A stretch of DNA of 64,000 bases, from contig CM126214.1 in the NCBI GenBank assembly GCA_052327205.1, positions 10,044,001 through 10,108,000 on the forward strand, given 5' to 3'. The stretch comes from Somniosus microcephalus (taxonomy: Eukaryota). Below, one piece after another: positions 47,461-60,061 of the stretch. The notes beneath the pieces were generated by a model. That model was not told where the DNA came from and did no database searches. It saw only the letters and a list, made by a program, of their open reading frames with translations. Every line of letters starts with the position of its first letter. Position 1 is the first letter of the stretch. Position numbers and translations under genes: made by a program.

Positions 47461-48689
47461 GACACGAACAGCCTTGCTCTCATCAGTATTGCAGCCTGTG
47501 TAGGGTTAAGACCAGAAAGTTCTCATGTCAAAAGCAGGCTGAAAGTTGTAAAATTTAGGTCTGGCAAGTGCAGTAATCACTGCGATAAAAGCCTATGAAG
47601 TGCGCCTTTCTTTATAGATCATTTAAAGCTATGACAAACCTAATATAATTTCCAAGCGCTGTATTGAAAACTAAAATGGTTGATTATAAATGGCTTTTGC
47701 ATCCAAGGTCAACAATGTTTTAATCAAGAAGAAGTTAAATTAGAGGCCATCTTTGAAGGGGAAGGAGTATTTTAAATGCTAATTCAGTGATCAGCACCCC
47801 AGATAAGAAGTGCTGTTTGCAATTGGTATGCCAATAACGCAAGTAGGGATGGTAATCCAGCATCCGAAATTGGCTGCTTAAAGCATAATCATTTGTTTAC
47901 GTCTGTCTTGAGGAAATGAAGCCATTGCAAATAGTGGTTTGGATTGGCATTGCTGTCATGGAACACTATTGTTACGCAGATGGCTATACCCCCTGTAATA
48001 ATAAAACATGATTCGCAATACCATCTTCAAAGAAATTGCATGAATTTCGAAAGGGAAAATATGCTTTTTAAGCGCTCTTTAGTCTTATGTTGACCAATCC
48101 ACTACAGATAGCTGGATCAAGTTCCATTAGCAGCACTTAAGTACCCATAAGCTGTCACTTTTCAAGAGTTTGCTGGGAAAAGTTGGAAGAACTAAAAACT
48201 CAACAGTCAGTAGAGTTATATATAGGATATCTTCCTACACGTGAAGAGCACTGCGTAAATGCTAGCTGTTGTAATTTGCAGACTTGTGCCCGATGGCATC
48301 TGGGCTTTTTTTTGCTTCTATAAATCATTTTATTTGTAAATATATCTGGACAGTAGTTTAGTTTCTACAAAGTGGGCTAACAGTGTGATATTCTCTATCA
48401 ATCCATTTAAGAGGAGGCATAGTGGGCATTCTGTGTGTTCTTCATAAGCAACTTACCACAATTGGGGTTGATTCTTAGTCCCGGGTCATGCAGCAGAGAA
48501 TAAGAGACGCGGTTGGCTTATGGAAACTGTTGCAATGCCGTTAACGAGAAAATGGTTTTGGTAAAAGCCTGAACTGTACCATATCTCAACATTTGTCTCA
48601 AGTCAAGTGCTGTACATATTTTATGTACTTTTATATGTGAAAATATGTCGTTTCCCCCTCAATTTTTCTCACTACTTTTCCTGAAAACA

Positions 48690-49090
48690 GGTGGGGAGCA
48701 AAATTTCAACAGGAGGGCAGGATCAGTGCGTGGGAGGCCCAAAGTGAGCAGCACATCGGAAGTTCAGAAGCAAGTAACTCCTGGCTGATTTTAATACTCC
48801 TGCTCCCCATAGAATCTTACCAAAGAAGAAAAAAAATACTTACCTTACCTGCATCCCACTAGGTTTCTCTGGCAGGTTTGACACTGGGTGGGCCTCCCCC
48901 CGCCGATTCATCGTAAAAATCACATCACAGCGGTGATATCACCTGGACGCCACTTTTAGATTTAAATTATTCCCCTGCTTGCCTGCAGCGCGAGCTTCCA
49001 GCTGACTTCAAAGTCGGCAACGATAAGATGTTGCCGGGCAGAAACTGTGAGATCTCCGGCCAGTAAGTGGATGATCCTAACCTCTCCCAC
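48690..49090. mobile_element. Harbinger-like MITE remnant
   Basis: GGGGAGCAAAATTTC start and motifs shared with the other GC-rich MITEs; no clear second TIR. Confidence 0.4.
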
Positions 49091-49099
49091 ACACCGTTC

Positions 49100-49345
49100 C
49101 TGCTCTTCTACCCCATTCAGTTTCTTACTTTCTAAGATGTAGGTAAAGTTTCTATTTTTCCGACCAACGTGCATCACCTCACATTTATTTATGTTAAAGT
49201 TAATTTGCCACTTAAGTGTCCAGTCTGCAAGATTTCTGATGTCTTGCATTATGTTGCATTCTTCCTCAGGGTTAGTTATACCCCCTAGTTTCATATCATC
49301 TGTCAACTTTAATATTGAGTTACTTGTTCCCAAGCCAGAATCACC
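49100..49345 (-). mobile_element. Old CR1 RT fragment
   Basis: Peptide KLTDDMKLGG…WQINFNINKCEVMHVGRKN. Confidence 0.8.
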
Positions 49346-49685
49346 CAAGGTTGTTGGAGACGCAATTTAAAAATATAAAAGTTATATACAGTAATGGAGT
49401 TCTGAACATGGCAACAGTACTGGTGAGCCTGCACAATATTTAACATATTTTACAAACTTGGATAAAAACTTTATATTGGAGAAGTTAATTGGAGCCCACC
49501 CATGTGTCTGGCACACCTAGTTAAGAACACAGATGCGGCCGGACCTGCTGTGATTTCCAGCAAAAAAAAAGTTTTTTTTGTCTGTTTTTTGTTTTTCATA
49601 CAGACCCCAGCATCTGCAACATTTGACCCCTTGTGACCCCACCTCATTGTTCTTTGATGTAATGTTTTCCTGACTGACCTGTTTG

Positions 49686-49941
49686 GACACCATTCACACC
49701 ATTGATCGCTGTGATTATCTCTCTGCCGAGGTGTGATAAATGGCAGTTAGAAAGATTACCTGTAATCATCTGGCATTATTCTCTGACTATATAAGCTGTG
49801 TCTTTATGCATCTCTCCGCTTCACCTGATGAAGGAGCAGCGCTCCGAAAGCTTGTGATTTCAAATAAAACTGTTGGACTATAACCTGGTGTTGTGTGACT
49901 TCTTACATTTGTCCACCCCAGTCCAACTCCGGTATCTCCAC
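49686..49941 (+). mobile_element. Penelope-like element terminal-repeat fragment
   Basis: TATATAAG, then a hammerhead core, then AATAAA and GTTGGACTATAACCTGGTGTTGT, the layout typical of PLE pseudo-LTRs. Confidence 0.7.
49821..49857 (+). ncRNA. Minimal type I hammerhead ribozyme motif
   Basis: UCAC-CUGAUGA-A-GGAGC(AGC)GCUCC-GAAA-GC-UU-GUGA: intact core, 5-bp stem II, 4-bp stem I and palindromic AAGCUU in place of stem III. Confidence 0.75.
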
Positions 49942-52563
49942 ACCAAGAAAATGCATGCATGCCAGTGGTTGAGTGTCATTACATCTTATCATTTAGTCAC
50001 TTAACAGGTTTTGTTTTTAAATTTAAATGCAATTTCATTGAATGCAAAGGATGCATTTACAAAATATGCGCTATTTTTGTACAGCTTGCAGATGCATTGC
50101 TGTACTCTACAAATTTTTTCTATGCAGATCAACTACTCTACAAAATAGATTGCAGTTAGCTGCCCCGATGGCACACTTGATAAGTCCACTACCCAGTGTG
50201 GACTGAGCCATCAATACCAGAAGATCTCAGTTTCCACCCCTAGTCTGTGCTGGACTATCTAATCTCCGCTAGGAAATGCCTTGGCTGGGAAGGATATTTT
50301 CTAAAGCAGCTATGGTGCTTACTCCTTATTACCATCCAATGACTCTTGCTCGAAAGTGTGGAAAATGGGTACGGACAGAAATCAAGGCTCAGCTGTGATG
50401 CCCTCTATGGCGGAATACCCCATGATCATTCACTGCCTAGTCTCACCTGTAAAGAAAGCCACTTGGGCAAGCTACTGGAAGGTAACCAGCACAATCAAAA
50501 TTGTAATCTATGATAAGACAACTCCTTCAGAAGACAATAGAGGAGAAAATTGAGGGCTTTAAAACAAAAAATCACAAATAGGTTTTAGCAGTGGACCAGT
50601 GAATTTTGAAGCAAAATATAATAAAACAAGACATTGAAAAGTGGTTCTCTTCCTCATAACAATTAATGATGGAAAATTGCCCTTAACAGGCAGTATACAC
50701 CCACCATGCTGAAATGTGTTTTTCTTGTTTTTCCCTGGGATTTTACAACAAGTTAAAACGAGTGCAGGTATTTTTTCTTAGAAGAGGAGTTAAGGTGTGT
50801 AAATTCAGTGTTTTAGCAATCAACCACAGCCCAGATATGACACAGCAGAGCACCCTGGTCTGGTAGCTACAGACATTGCTTGGAGTAGCGCTTTAGTGGT
50901 GTACTCTTCAAGGAAATGGGGGGGGGGGGGGGGAAACAACGTTCAGGAAAGATCCCTGAAACTTGCAGGGGAAAAAAAGTTAAGAGGCAGAGTTGAGGGG
51001 ATTTTACTTTGCATTTAGTCCTAGCTATAACTGATCGAGGAGTTCTTGATCCTGGGGAGTGGGACTAATTGGAAAACTCTTTCAAAGAGCCGGCGCAGGC
51101 GCAATGGGCCGAATGCCTCCTTCTGTGCTGCAAGATTCTATTCTATGTTCCATTCCCAGCATTGACATCTTCCACCTCGCTGAGCACACACTCCGCCACT
51201 GGCTAACCACCCAAACAAAGTGACAACATTCAAATTACAAGAATGAAAACCCTAGACTTTCTAAACTATTGTATTTATATCTGCAGCAAACCTGCAGCAA
51301 TAAAGCAAGTAGAGCAAAACAATAAACAGGACAAAAAGGAAAACAAGATTAAAAGTAATGATAAACTGGTCTAAATGGTACTGTTGTGAGTAAATAAGCC
51401 AGGTCAGGTTCTATAGCGAGTTGTCACGAATGATACTGTGGTTTCGAGCTATGAAACAGATGGAAATAGGGAGGGTAACTTGTCTGGGCCAGCAAAAACA
51501 AAGACAAGAACTGGGTGGGAAAGAGCAGAACGGCTAAAATTATCTTCCAAGTAAAGCGGGAAGGTGGGTGTAGAAACCATGAATAGCGAGAGCCAGTTCC
51601 CTATATACATTAACTAGCTTTGTATTTAGAATAACTATTAACACTGGCTCCAAAAACACTTCACCTGAACAATATACATAAACAATGCAAGTGTTTTGCT
51701 TTCTCCACCCCTCCCCTCAAAAGTCAATGCACTAATGTGAAGTGCTAACATTGTATTCTTCACTTGACTGGGTTTCAGCCTTGAAAATGATGGTGCAAGA
51801 TAGCAAATGGGAGCTTGCAGGGCTTTTGGCATTGCGAGGGTTAACTGCTGGGAACCAAACCACAAGCTCCATCTCCAAAAGACTAGTAGTTAGTGGTTAC
51901 AGATGCAGACAGCAGGCTGCATGCACACAGCAGTGAATAGACAGCTGCTGCAGGATTTCTGCAGTCCGTCTACCTTTTGTGATTACATTTTATAAATATA
52001 CTAGAAAATTAGTTGGGGGAAAGGAGTGCAGGGAGACTAGAGTGAAAAAGTACAATATTATGTTGACTGGGTTTTCCAATACTACTCCCGCAAGTGCAAA
52101 GAGGAATATTCACAGTACACTAGGATAGTCATAATTGCAGCTTTGAACCTATTTGCACCTCACAAGTTCCAAGAAACTCCTAGGGGGCAAGAGTATAGTT
52201 TAAAGGGATACTGTCTTTCAAGAAAAAATGCTCATCAAACCATTTTGTTTGGGTAATTAGAAGTCATTACAAATGCTTGTGTGCGTGAGTAGGGTGATAA
52301 TAGATTTCAACATGATTTACAGTCTCCTGATAATTTGAAGGTGAAATTTAGTGCCAACAAAATTGAATTAGGTAATTTGAATGAAGTAACTTCAAATTAA
52401 CAATAAACTGTACTTCATTGTTTATGTTTGAAAATGAATGGAAAAGATTTTGCCAAACACTTTTTCCAGAAACACTGCACCCCTTGAAGACTTTCTTATC
52501 TTTGCCAATTTTCCCTCCTTTCCTGTGAGAAAGTGTTTAGCATCCAGTGTTGTCTGGTGACAT

Positions 52564-52933
52564 GGGGGCCAATTTTCACTTCTGGGCGGCTGACTGGCGG
52601 AGCGCGTCAGCCACCTGCTCGTCAAGTGAGCAAGGAGGCCCAAGGCATTTTGAGCTCGGGCCTCATTTAAATCTCACCAACGTGCTGTACGCTCTGAATG
52701 GGCATCCTACTGCAGCTTGCTGGCTCTGGACTAGTGCAATATCGGGCAGCTCAACACCGCGCCAGTCCCCGCAGGTAGATCTGGGCGAAGTGGAGGTGCC
52801 AAACCAGTGAGCCACAGCATTTTGTGGGACTAGGAGAAGCACTGCGGTTCTTCCAGGCTCCATAAATATATAACCCAGAAACATTTGTGTGCATGGTGCA
52901 CATTCCGCCCATATGTCCCTGAAAATTGCAATC
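52564..52933. mobile_element. Harbinger-like MITE remnant
   Basis: Ends GGGGGCCAATTTTCA and TGAAAATTGCAATC form a degenerate TIR pair. Confidence 0.5.
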
Positions 52934-52964
52934 AGAGTCTTAACTGTTGTAGGAACCTAATTTG

Positions 52965-54190
52965 CATAAGGAGGGTAGATGAGGGTAGTGTGTTTGATGT
53001 AGTGTATATGGACTTTAGCAAGGCTTTTGATAAAGTTCCACGTGGCAGATTGGTCACGAAGTTAAAAGCCCATGGGATCCAGGGCAAAGTGTCAAGTTGG
53101 ATTCAAAACTGTCTCGGAGGCAGGAAGCAGAGGATAATGGTTGATGGGTTTTTTTGTGACTGGAAGGCTATTTCCAGTGGGGTTCCGCAGGGCTCAGTAC
53201 TAGGTCCCTTGCTTTTTTTGGTATATATTAATGATCTAGACTTAAATATAGGGGGTATGATTAAGAAGTTTGCAGATGATACTAAAATCAGCTGTGTGGT
53301 TGATACTGAAGGAGGAAGCTGTAGACTGCAGGAAGATATCAATAAATTGGTCAGGTGGGCAGAACAGTGGCAAATGGAATTCAATCCGGAGAAGTGTGAG
53401 GTAATGCATTTGGGGAGGGCTAACAAGGAAAGGGAATACACATTAAATGGTAGGACACTGAGTAGTGTAGAGGAACAAAGGGACCTTGGAGTGCATGTCC
53501 ACAGATCCCTGAAGGTAGCAGGCCCAGTCGATAAGGTGATTAAGAAGGCATACGGAATGCTTGCCTTTATTAGTCGTGGCATAGAATACAAGAGCAGGGG
53601 GGGGGGTTATGCTTCAACTGTATAAAACACTAGTTAGGCCTCAGCTAGAGCACTGCGTGCAGTTCTGGTCACCACATTACAGGAAAGATGTGATTGCACT
53701 GGAGAGGGTGCAGAGGAGATTTACAAGGATGTTGCTGGGAGTAGAGAATCTTAGTTACGAGGAAAGACTGGATAGGCTGGGTTTGTTTTCCTTGGAACTG
53801 AGGAGGCTGAAGGGAGACCTTAGAGGTGTATAAAATTATGAGGGGCCTAGATAAAGTGGATAGAAAGGACCTATTTCCCTTAGCAGAGGGGTCAAAAACT
53901 AGGGGGCATAGATTTAAAGTAATTGGTGGAAGGTTTAGAGGGAATTTGAAGGGAAATTTCTTCACCCAGAAGGTTGTGGGGGTCTGGAACTCACTGCCTG
54001 AAAGGGTGGTAGAGGCAGGAACCCTAACCACATTTAAAAAGTACTTGAATGTGCACTTGGGATGCTGTAACCTGCAGGGCTACGGACCAAGAGCTGGGAA
54101 GTGGGATTAGGCTGGATAGCTCTTGTTGGCCGGCGCGGACACGATGGGCCGAAATGCCCTCCTTCCGTGCTGTAACTTTCTATGATTCTA
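52965..54190 (+). mobile_element. 5'-truncated CR1 LINE
   Basis: YMDFSKAFDKVP, GVPQGSVLGP and KFADDTK motifs, frameshifts, and a TTCTATGATTCTAT tail. Confidence 0.95.
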
Positions 54191-57100
54191 TAAACAAGAG
54201 ACTTACCACCTGAAACAGGTGGGCGCTCTGGTTGCCCCAGGGAATTTCCCATCCCTAATCCAACTACACTGAAGCTAACTGTAGCACCAGATTGTACTAG
54301 AAATCTTTTGATTTGTATGGCTCAACCACACACCAACTGAGGGCGTGGCTAAAACCTGGATTGGCCACATACAGTTCTTGAAAGTAAAAACCTATGTGCT
54401 AGCACTACATAGGGGCACCGACAAATTGCACAATTGCGTCTGCCACTATATTAAAACATAAGAAGGTGGGAACAAGAGTAGGCCATTCAACCCCTCTCAT
54501 TTACACTGTTGTTTAGGTCGATGTACAGGATCAACACAGACCACTTTATTTCCCTCCTGCCTTGCCTAAAAATGTACAATGAGAGATACCAAGAAACTTG
54601 TAAAGTATGAAATGTATTCCAAACTAAAAAACACTGCCTTAAAAATGAGTTATTGTGTGTCTACAAAGCATTATTGCTATAAATTATATTGGCTCAGAGA
54701 AAGGATCCTTCTGAAAGTCTAAATTGTCTAGATCTGGGCATTTTTTCCAGTCACATTGCAATAGGTCTGCACTATTATGCAAGAGGTCATATGCCCAAAT
54801 TCGTTCAAAGTTATTTACATACATCTGATTTTGATGTACAAAAATGTTAGAGACCACACACGATTTAAAAAAAAAACTCTCTTTTCTTCACTGCTCTCCT
54901 AAAGGAGTTGATTCTTTGCTAAGGTACGATTTGATACCAGTCAACCTCCAGTACTTCACCAATTGGCCATTAATAATCTATGATAGTTAACAGTATTGAC
55001 AGGTTGTTTGATCACCGGGAATACAACTGAGCTCAATCCCATCCTCGTCCAGCATTAACACACAGGTACTTCCAGCAGAGGTAGTATTTGAAGAACAGAA
55101 ACCCTAGTCACTATTCCCCTCCCTAAGACAGCAGTGCTAGGACACCCCTACTGTTGTCCAGGCTAAGATCCATTAACTGAAACGCAGATCAAAAATTGAG
55201 CCTAGGACCTTCTGGTGTGCATGGCTCAATTACACACTTCTTTTCCAAATGAACCATCGGGGTGCCTGAGGCCAGAAATCTGAAGAGAATACCCTTTACA
55301 ACGATTTGGCAAAATGTTTTAAAGTTGTCATAGGAGGTAGCTCTAGTGACTAAGCAGAGTGATCCTAGTCTGCACATCTCAGTAATTTATCAAAAAACTG
55401 TTCAATGGTCTATACTTCAACAAATGGTATGAAGTGCTACACAAACAGCATTGACAACTTAGGTTTCTGTACTGCCCTTCTTACACAAACATCTTCGAAT
55501 GCTTTCCAAGGCAGAGGGAAAAAAAAAGTGAACACCAAGCTGAAGGGAGACAGGAGACAGAATGAGTTTTTGGGGGGGGGGGGGGGGGGGGGGCGGGGGG
55601 CAGCAGTGGGGGAGGGTGAAAGCAGTGAGAAATATGGGAAAGTGGAAGTGAGGGAGTTCCAGAGGATAGATGGAGTATAAAACTGAAAGAGCAGCCGCCA
55701 ATGAGAGAGTGGAGAGTAAGTCGGTGTCAGAGAATTGGAGGGTGTGTATGTGAGTGTACAAATGGAGAAAACCTTTTAGATAAGTTGGTACAAGTTCATG
55801 TAGCGATTTGAAGGTAAAGAGGGTGATTCTGGAATCAATTCTCTAGGGCACAATGACAGGGATGATTGAAGTGCAGGCTTTGCCTGAAAATGTCTCCATA
55901 TCCTGAACCGGGTCAGCGAAGCAATAAGTACTTGTGGTATTTTACAGGGTAGCAATGGCATTACAAATCAAGCTGCATTTCGACTGGTACTCTGAAGACA
56001 AGTACCTGACAGTCCCCTCAACATCAGGGATGTCAAGCCCAAATTATCAGTCTACTAACCTGCATTTTAACATTGAAATTAAAGTCAAATGATCTCAATG
56101 GCAGCACATCTATAGCACCAGTCAGTCTGGACTGCGTGCACTGCCTCTAGGCTTTACAAGGGAACATGGGAATTAAGTACAATAAAGTCACCTGAAAATG
56201 AATATTACCAGCTAGAAACAATCTGATATCCATCTCTGCAACAGTAATATGATTAAGAAGAACAGACATCCCCAATGGCTCAATGAGCTTACCTAGTGAC
56301 TCACTGAAGCTGCATTTGTATTGTTGCCTGGAGATAGTAAGCTAATTATATTGCTCTTCCATATTTAGCTTTGCAACGTGCAGTTAGTCCTCAATGCATT
56401 GCAAAGGGCTGCCATTCTGTACCTGCATAGACTACTTGTGACATAAAGGCCAGTTAGCAAACACGAATAGAAACTCATGACATTGTATCATGATATTACT
56501 GCCATATGCTGTGCATTAACTGGCCCAAGGAACACTTGGTCTTTTTAAAAAAAAAAGTCCACTAAGTATATTTTGATATGGCCGCTTACTGTGCAGATCA
56601 TGCTCTACAAGTTCTAGCAACTGAGCTCGAGTCATACAACTCACTAAGGTCCCAAGTTCAAACACCAATCTGTGCTAATTTAGCACTATAACTGCATTAG
56701 TGCATCTTAGTTAGGGAGAGGAAAACTGGTGGTGCTTCTACTCAATAGCTATCCAGTAATCCTTGTTAAAAGTGTGCGTGGGTGAACGTTGCAGGAAGAC
56801 AGAATTGGGCTCAGCTCGAACACCAACATTCACCATAAAGGCTCACATATGAATAATGGCCACTTGGGTGAGGTAGTAGAGGACAAATAATGCCTATAGA
56901 ACCATACTCCACCTAACAGACAATTACTTCAGAAAGGTAGGGGGGAAATCCCCATAAAAAGGTTAAGAGTTAGGAGAAAGTTATTACTGAAAAATTAAAG
57001 TAAATTTTCTACTTGCGCACTTCCAGTGCACAGCCGTGCCAGCCAGAACACACGTGGGGAAATTGCGTGCAAGGTACAACTGTTCATCCATTTCAACATT

Positions 57101-57639
57101 TCCCTACATTACATTTCATGTTGAGGGGACTGTGTCAGCAGGTACCTGTCTTCAGAGTACCAGTGACTGCACTTCAGAAGTACTTGATTGGTTGTGAAGT
57201 GGTTTAAAATGTACGGAGGTTGTGAAAAGTTTTTTCTACTGATAGGCGAATTCCCAATACAGCTTGAGGATGGAGTTCCACACCAGGAATGCACAAGCTG
57301 AAAATGTATCCCATATTGTCAGACAGACTGCACACACAGTGTTCACTCCAGACTTAATTGACTATAAACAATCTCATTGTACTGATTCTGGAGTAAATGC
57401 CAGTGGAGATTTTGTATGGTCAAACAGCTTGCTGACTCTGTCTAGGCTCAGGCATGAAGAATAGTTATTTAGGCAAGGGATTGGAGAGCACTGGTGCAAG
57501 AAGCAAGGAGTCAAAAGTCTTAAGTCTTGGCAGAAGAGGGGGGGGGGGGGGCCGGGGAAGAGGGAGAATATTTTCATGAATAAAGAGGAAGGGGAAAAAC
57601 CTGCAACAAAATTCTATCAATCTAACTTTATTACAAGGG

Positions 57640-57865
57640 AATGGTTGCACAGTGGTTATGTTACTGGACTGGTATTCCAGAGGCCTGAACCAAATCCCAC
57701 CATGGCCGCTGTAGAATTTAAATTCAGTTACTTAAATAATTCTGGACTACAAAGCTAGTATCAGTAATGGTGACCATGTAACTGCCAGATTGCCGTAAAA
57801 ACCCATCTGGTTCACTAATGTCCTTTAGGGAAGGAAATCTGCCATCCTTACCCAGGCTGGCCTAT
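57640..57865 (+). mobile_element. SINE 5' part, resuming at ~59890-59922 and 60062-60250
   Basis: tRNA-like head; the body is broken by nested inserts; its tail is shared with the LINE end at 20750-20980. Confidence 0.6.
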
Positions 57866-58202
57866 AATTAATAGGATTACATAGGATACACAGCACAGAA
57901 ACAGGTCATTCGGCTCAACCAGTCCATGCCGGCGTTTATGCTCCACTCGAGCCCCCTCGCGTCTTTCCTCATCTAAATCTATCAGCGTAACCCTCTATTC
58001 CCTTCTCCCTCATATGCTTATCTAACCGCCCCTTAAATGCACCTATACAATTCACCTCAACCACTCCCTGTGGTAGCGAGTTCCACATCCTCACCACTCT
58101 CTGGGTAAAGAAGTTTCTTCTGAATTACTTATTTGATTTCTTGGTGACTATCTTATATTGATGGCCTCTAGTTTTGCTCTTCCCCACAAGTGGAAACACT
58201 CA

Positions 58203-59283
58203 GGGCTGGATTTTGTCAATGGCGAGCTTTTGGAGGCGGGACTCCCACTTGTTGGGTTTTAGTCCCGCCTCCATCGACTTGTGGCCAACCCACGCTATTT
58301 TCCCTTGATTGACCTCGTTAAGCCTGCCCAGCGGGCTCAGCAGGCCAATTAAGGGAAAGCCAGTTACAGGTGACGTCAGCGAATGCGGTTTCATCTGTCA
58401 AGAGCTTTTGACAGATGAAATGTCATCTGTGAAGCTGTCAATCACTGACAATCTGTCTTCTAAGTTGTGTCTTTACTCAAGATTCAATTAGAAAGCCTTC
58501 CTGACCAGAAAGCAGAATGCTGCAGCTTTTGACAGTTCAGCGGCCATTCTGCTTTCTGTGCCAGTGAGCTGAGGGACTCCCGAGACCTGAAGGGAGGAAG
58601 CCTGTAAAGGTAAGTAAAACTGCTTTAAACACACCAAACGTACTTACCTCTGTACTCATGCACCCATCACTCACCTGAACACCGGACATCTCGACCCCTC
58701 CAAGCCCTTCAGCCCGCCTCGCTAACTTGGTGTGGTTTGGAGCCGTCAGGAATCCCACACTTCAAGAATGAAAATAGGGATTAGGCTAAAAACTGCCTGT
58801 TAACAGGCAGTTAATTGGCACTAATCCCTTCCCGCCTCGGGGAGGTGGGTCCCAGTGCGGGTCGGGTACCCGCCTCCTTTGAAACTGGCATGGAGGTGGG
58901 TTGGGGGCGGAAGAAGGTAAGTAAAAACTTATTAAAACACTTTACACACACCTCACACACTTACCTCTGCACACATGCACCCATTACTCACCTGCACACC
59001 AGACATCTCGGCCCCTCCGACCCCCGCAGACCGACGGCCCGCCTCGCTGACCCTGGCGAGGTTCGGAGCCGTCGGGAAGTCCACACTTCAGGGCTTAGCC
59101 AAAAAACTGCCTGTTAACTACCTGTCAACAGGCAGTTAATTGGCATTAATCCCCTTCCCGCTTCGAGGAGGCGGGACCTGGTGCGGGTCGGCTACCTGCC
59201 GCCTGGCAAGATGGCACCCACCCCCATTTTCCTGGCAGTCCCGTCTCCAAACCTGCCTTCCCAGGGCTGGCAAAATCCAGGCC
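58203..59283. mobile_element. Harbinger-like MITE with an internal duplication
   Basis: TIRs GGGCTGGATTTTGTCA / GGCCTGGATTTTGCCA; flanks TCA/TCT; ~58660-58850 is repeated at ~58978-59180. Confidence 0.8.
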
Positions 59284-59470
59284 TCTGTGTCTACAATATC
59301 AAAACCTTTCATAATTTTAAAGACCTCTATCAGGTCACCCCTCAGCCTTCTCTTTTCAAGCGAAAGGAGACCCAGCCTGTTCATCCTTTCCTGATAGGTG
59401 TACCCTCGCATTTCTGGTATCATCCTTGTAAATCTTCTCTGCACCCTCTTCAGTGCCTCTATATCCTTTT

Positions 59471-59754
59471 TAAAGGTAAGTACTGCAGGAAATACAGGGA
59501 CAGAGTGATCTCCTGGACGAGTTTCGATCGCCTAGATGGGAGAGAGAGGAATTTCCCAGATTTTTTCTCCCAAATTGGCCATTGGGTTTTTATCTGGTTT
59601 TTCGCCTCTCCCGGGAGATCACATGGGTTCAGGTGGGATGGAGAGTGGAAGTAGATTTGAGGTTAGGATCAGATCAGCCATGATCTTATTGAATGGCGGA
59701 GCGGGCTCGAGGGGCCGATTGGCCTACTCCTGCTCCTATTTCTTATGTTCTTAT
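59471..59754 (+). mobile_element. Short CR1-tailed retroelement inserted into the antisense CR1
   Basis: Interrupts ATATCCTTTT…AATATGGCGACC. A sister copy lies at 40159-40359. Confidence 0.8.
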
Positions 59755-59922
59755 AATATGGCGACCAGGATTGTGCACAGTACTCTAAGTGTGGTCTAAC
59801 CAAGGTTCGAAACAAGTTTAGCATAACTTTCTTCTTTTCAATTCTATCCCTCTAGAAATAAACCCTAGTGCTTGGTTTGCTCTTTTTTATGTGACTTCAG
59901 ACTAATGTGGTCGACTCTTAAC

Positions 59923-60061
59923 CAACGTTCCCCCTAAGGTGCGTGGGCGCGCAATCAGGAAGCCCTGCACCGGCCGCTCACCAACTGTTCCGCTGGAAAG
60001 AATACCGTGCAGTAAATTTAAAAGGACTGCACACACAAAAAAATAATTAGAGGGAACATTG
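59923..60061. mobile_element. hAT-type MITE (family of 16893-17039)
   Basis: CAACGTTCCCCCTAA … TTAGAGGGAACATTG. Confidence 0.8.

Larger units (their letters stand above)
57870..59890 (-). mobile_element. CR1 3' fragment in three pieces (57870-58202, 59284-59470, 59755-59890)
   Basis: Peptide QRRFTRMIPEMRG..LRGDLIEVFKIMKG; ATAGGAT tail repeats. Confidence 0.85.

Noticed and set aside
55571-55600. Long poly-G/C runs here and at ~10975, 15642, 19592, 50918 and 57538 as G4 elements
   Set aside because: Simple homopolymers with unreliable length and no supporting context.
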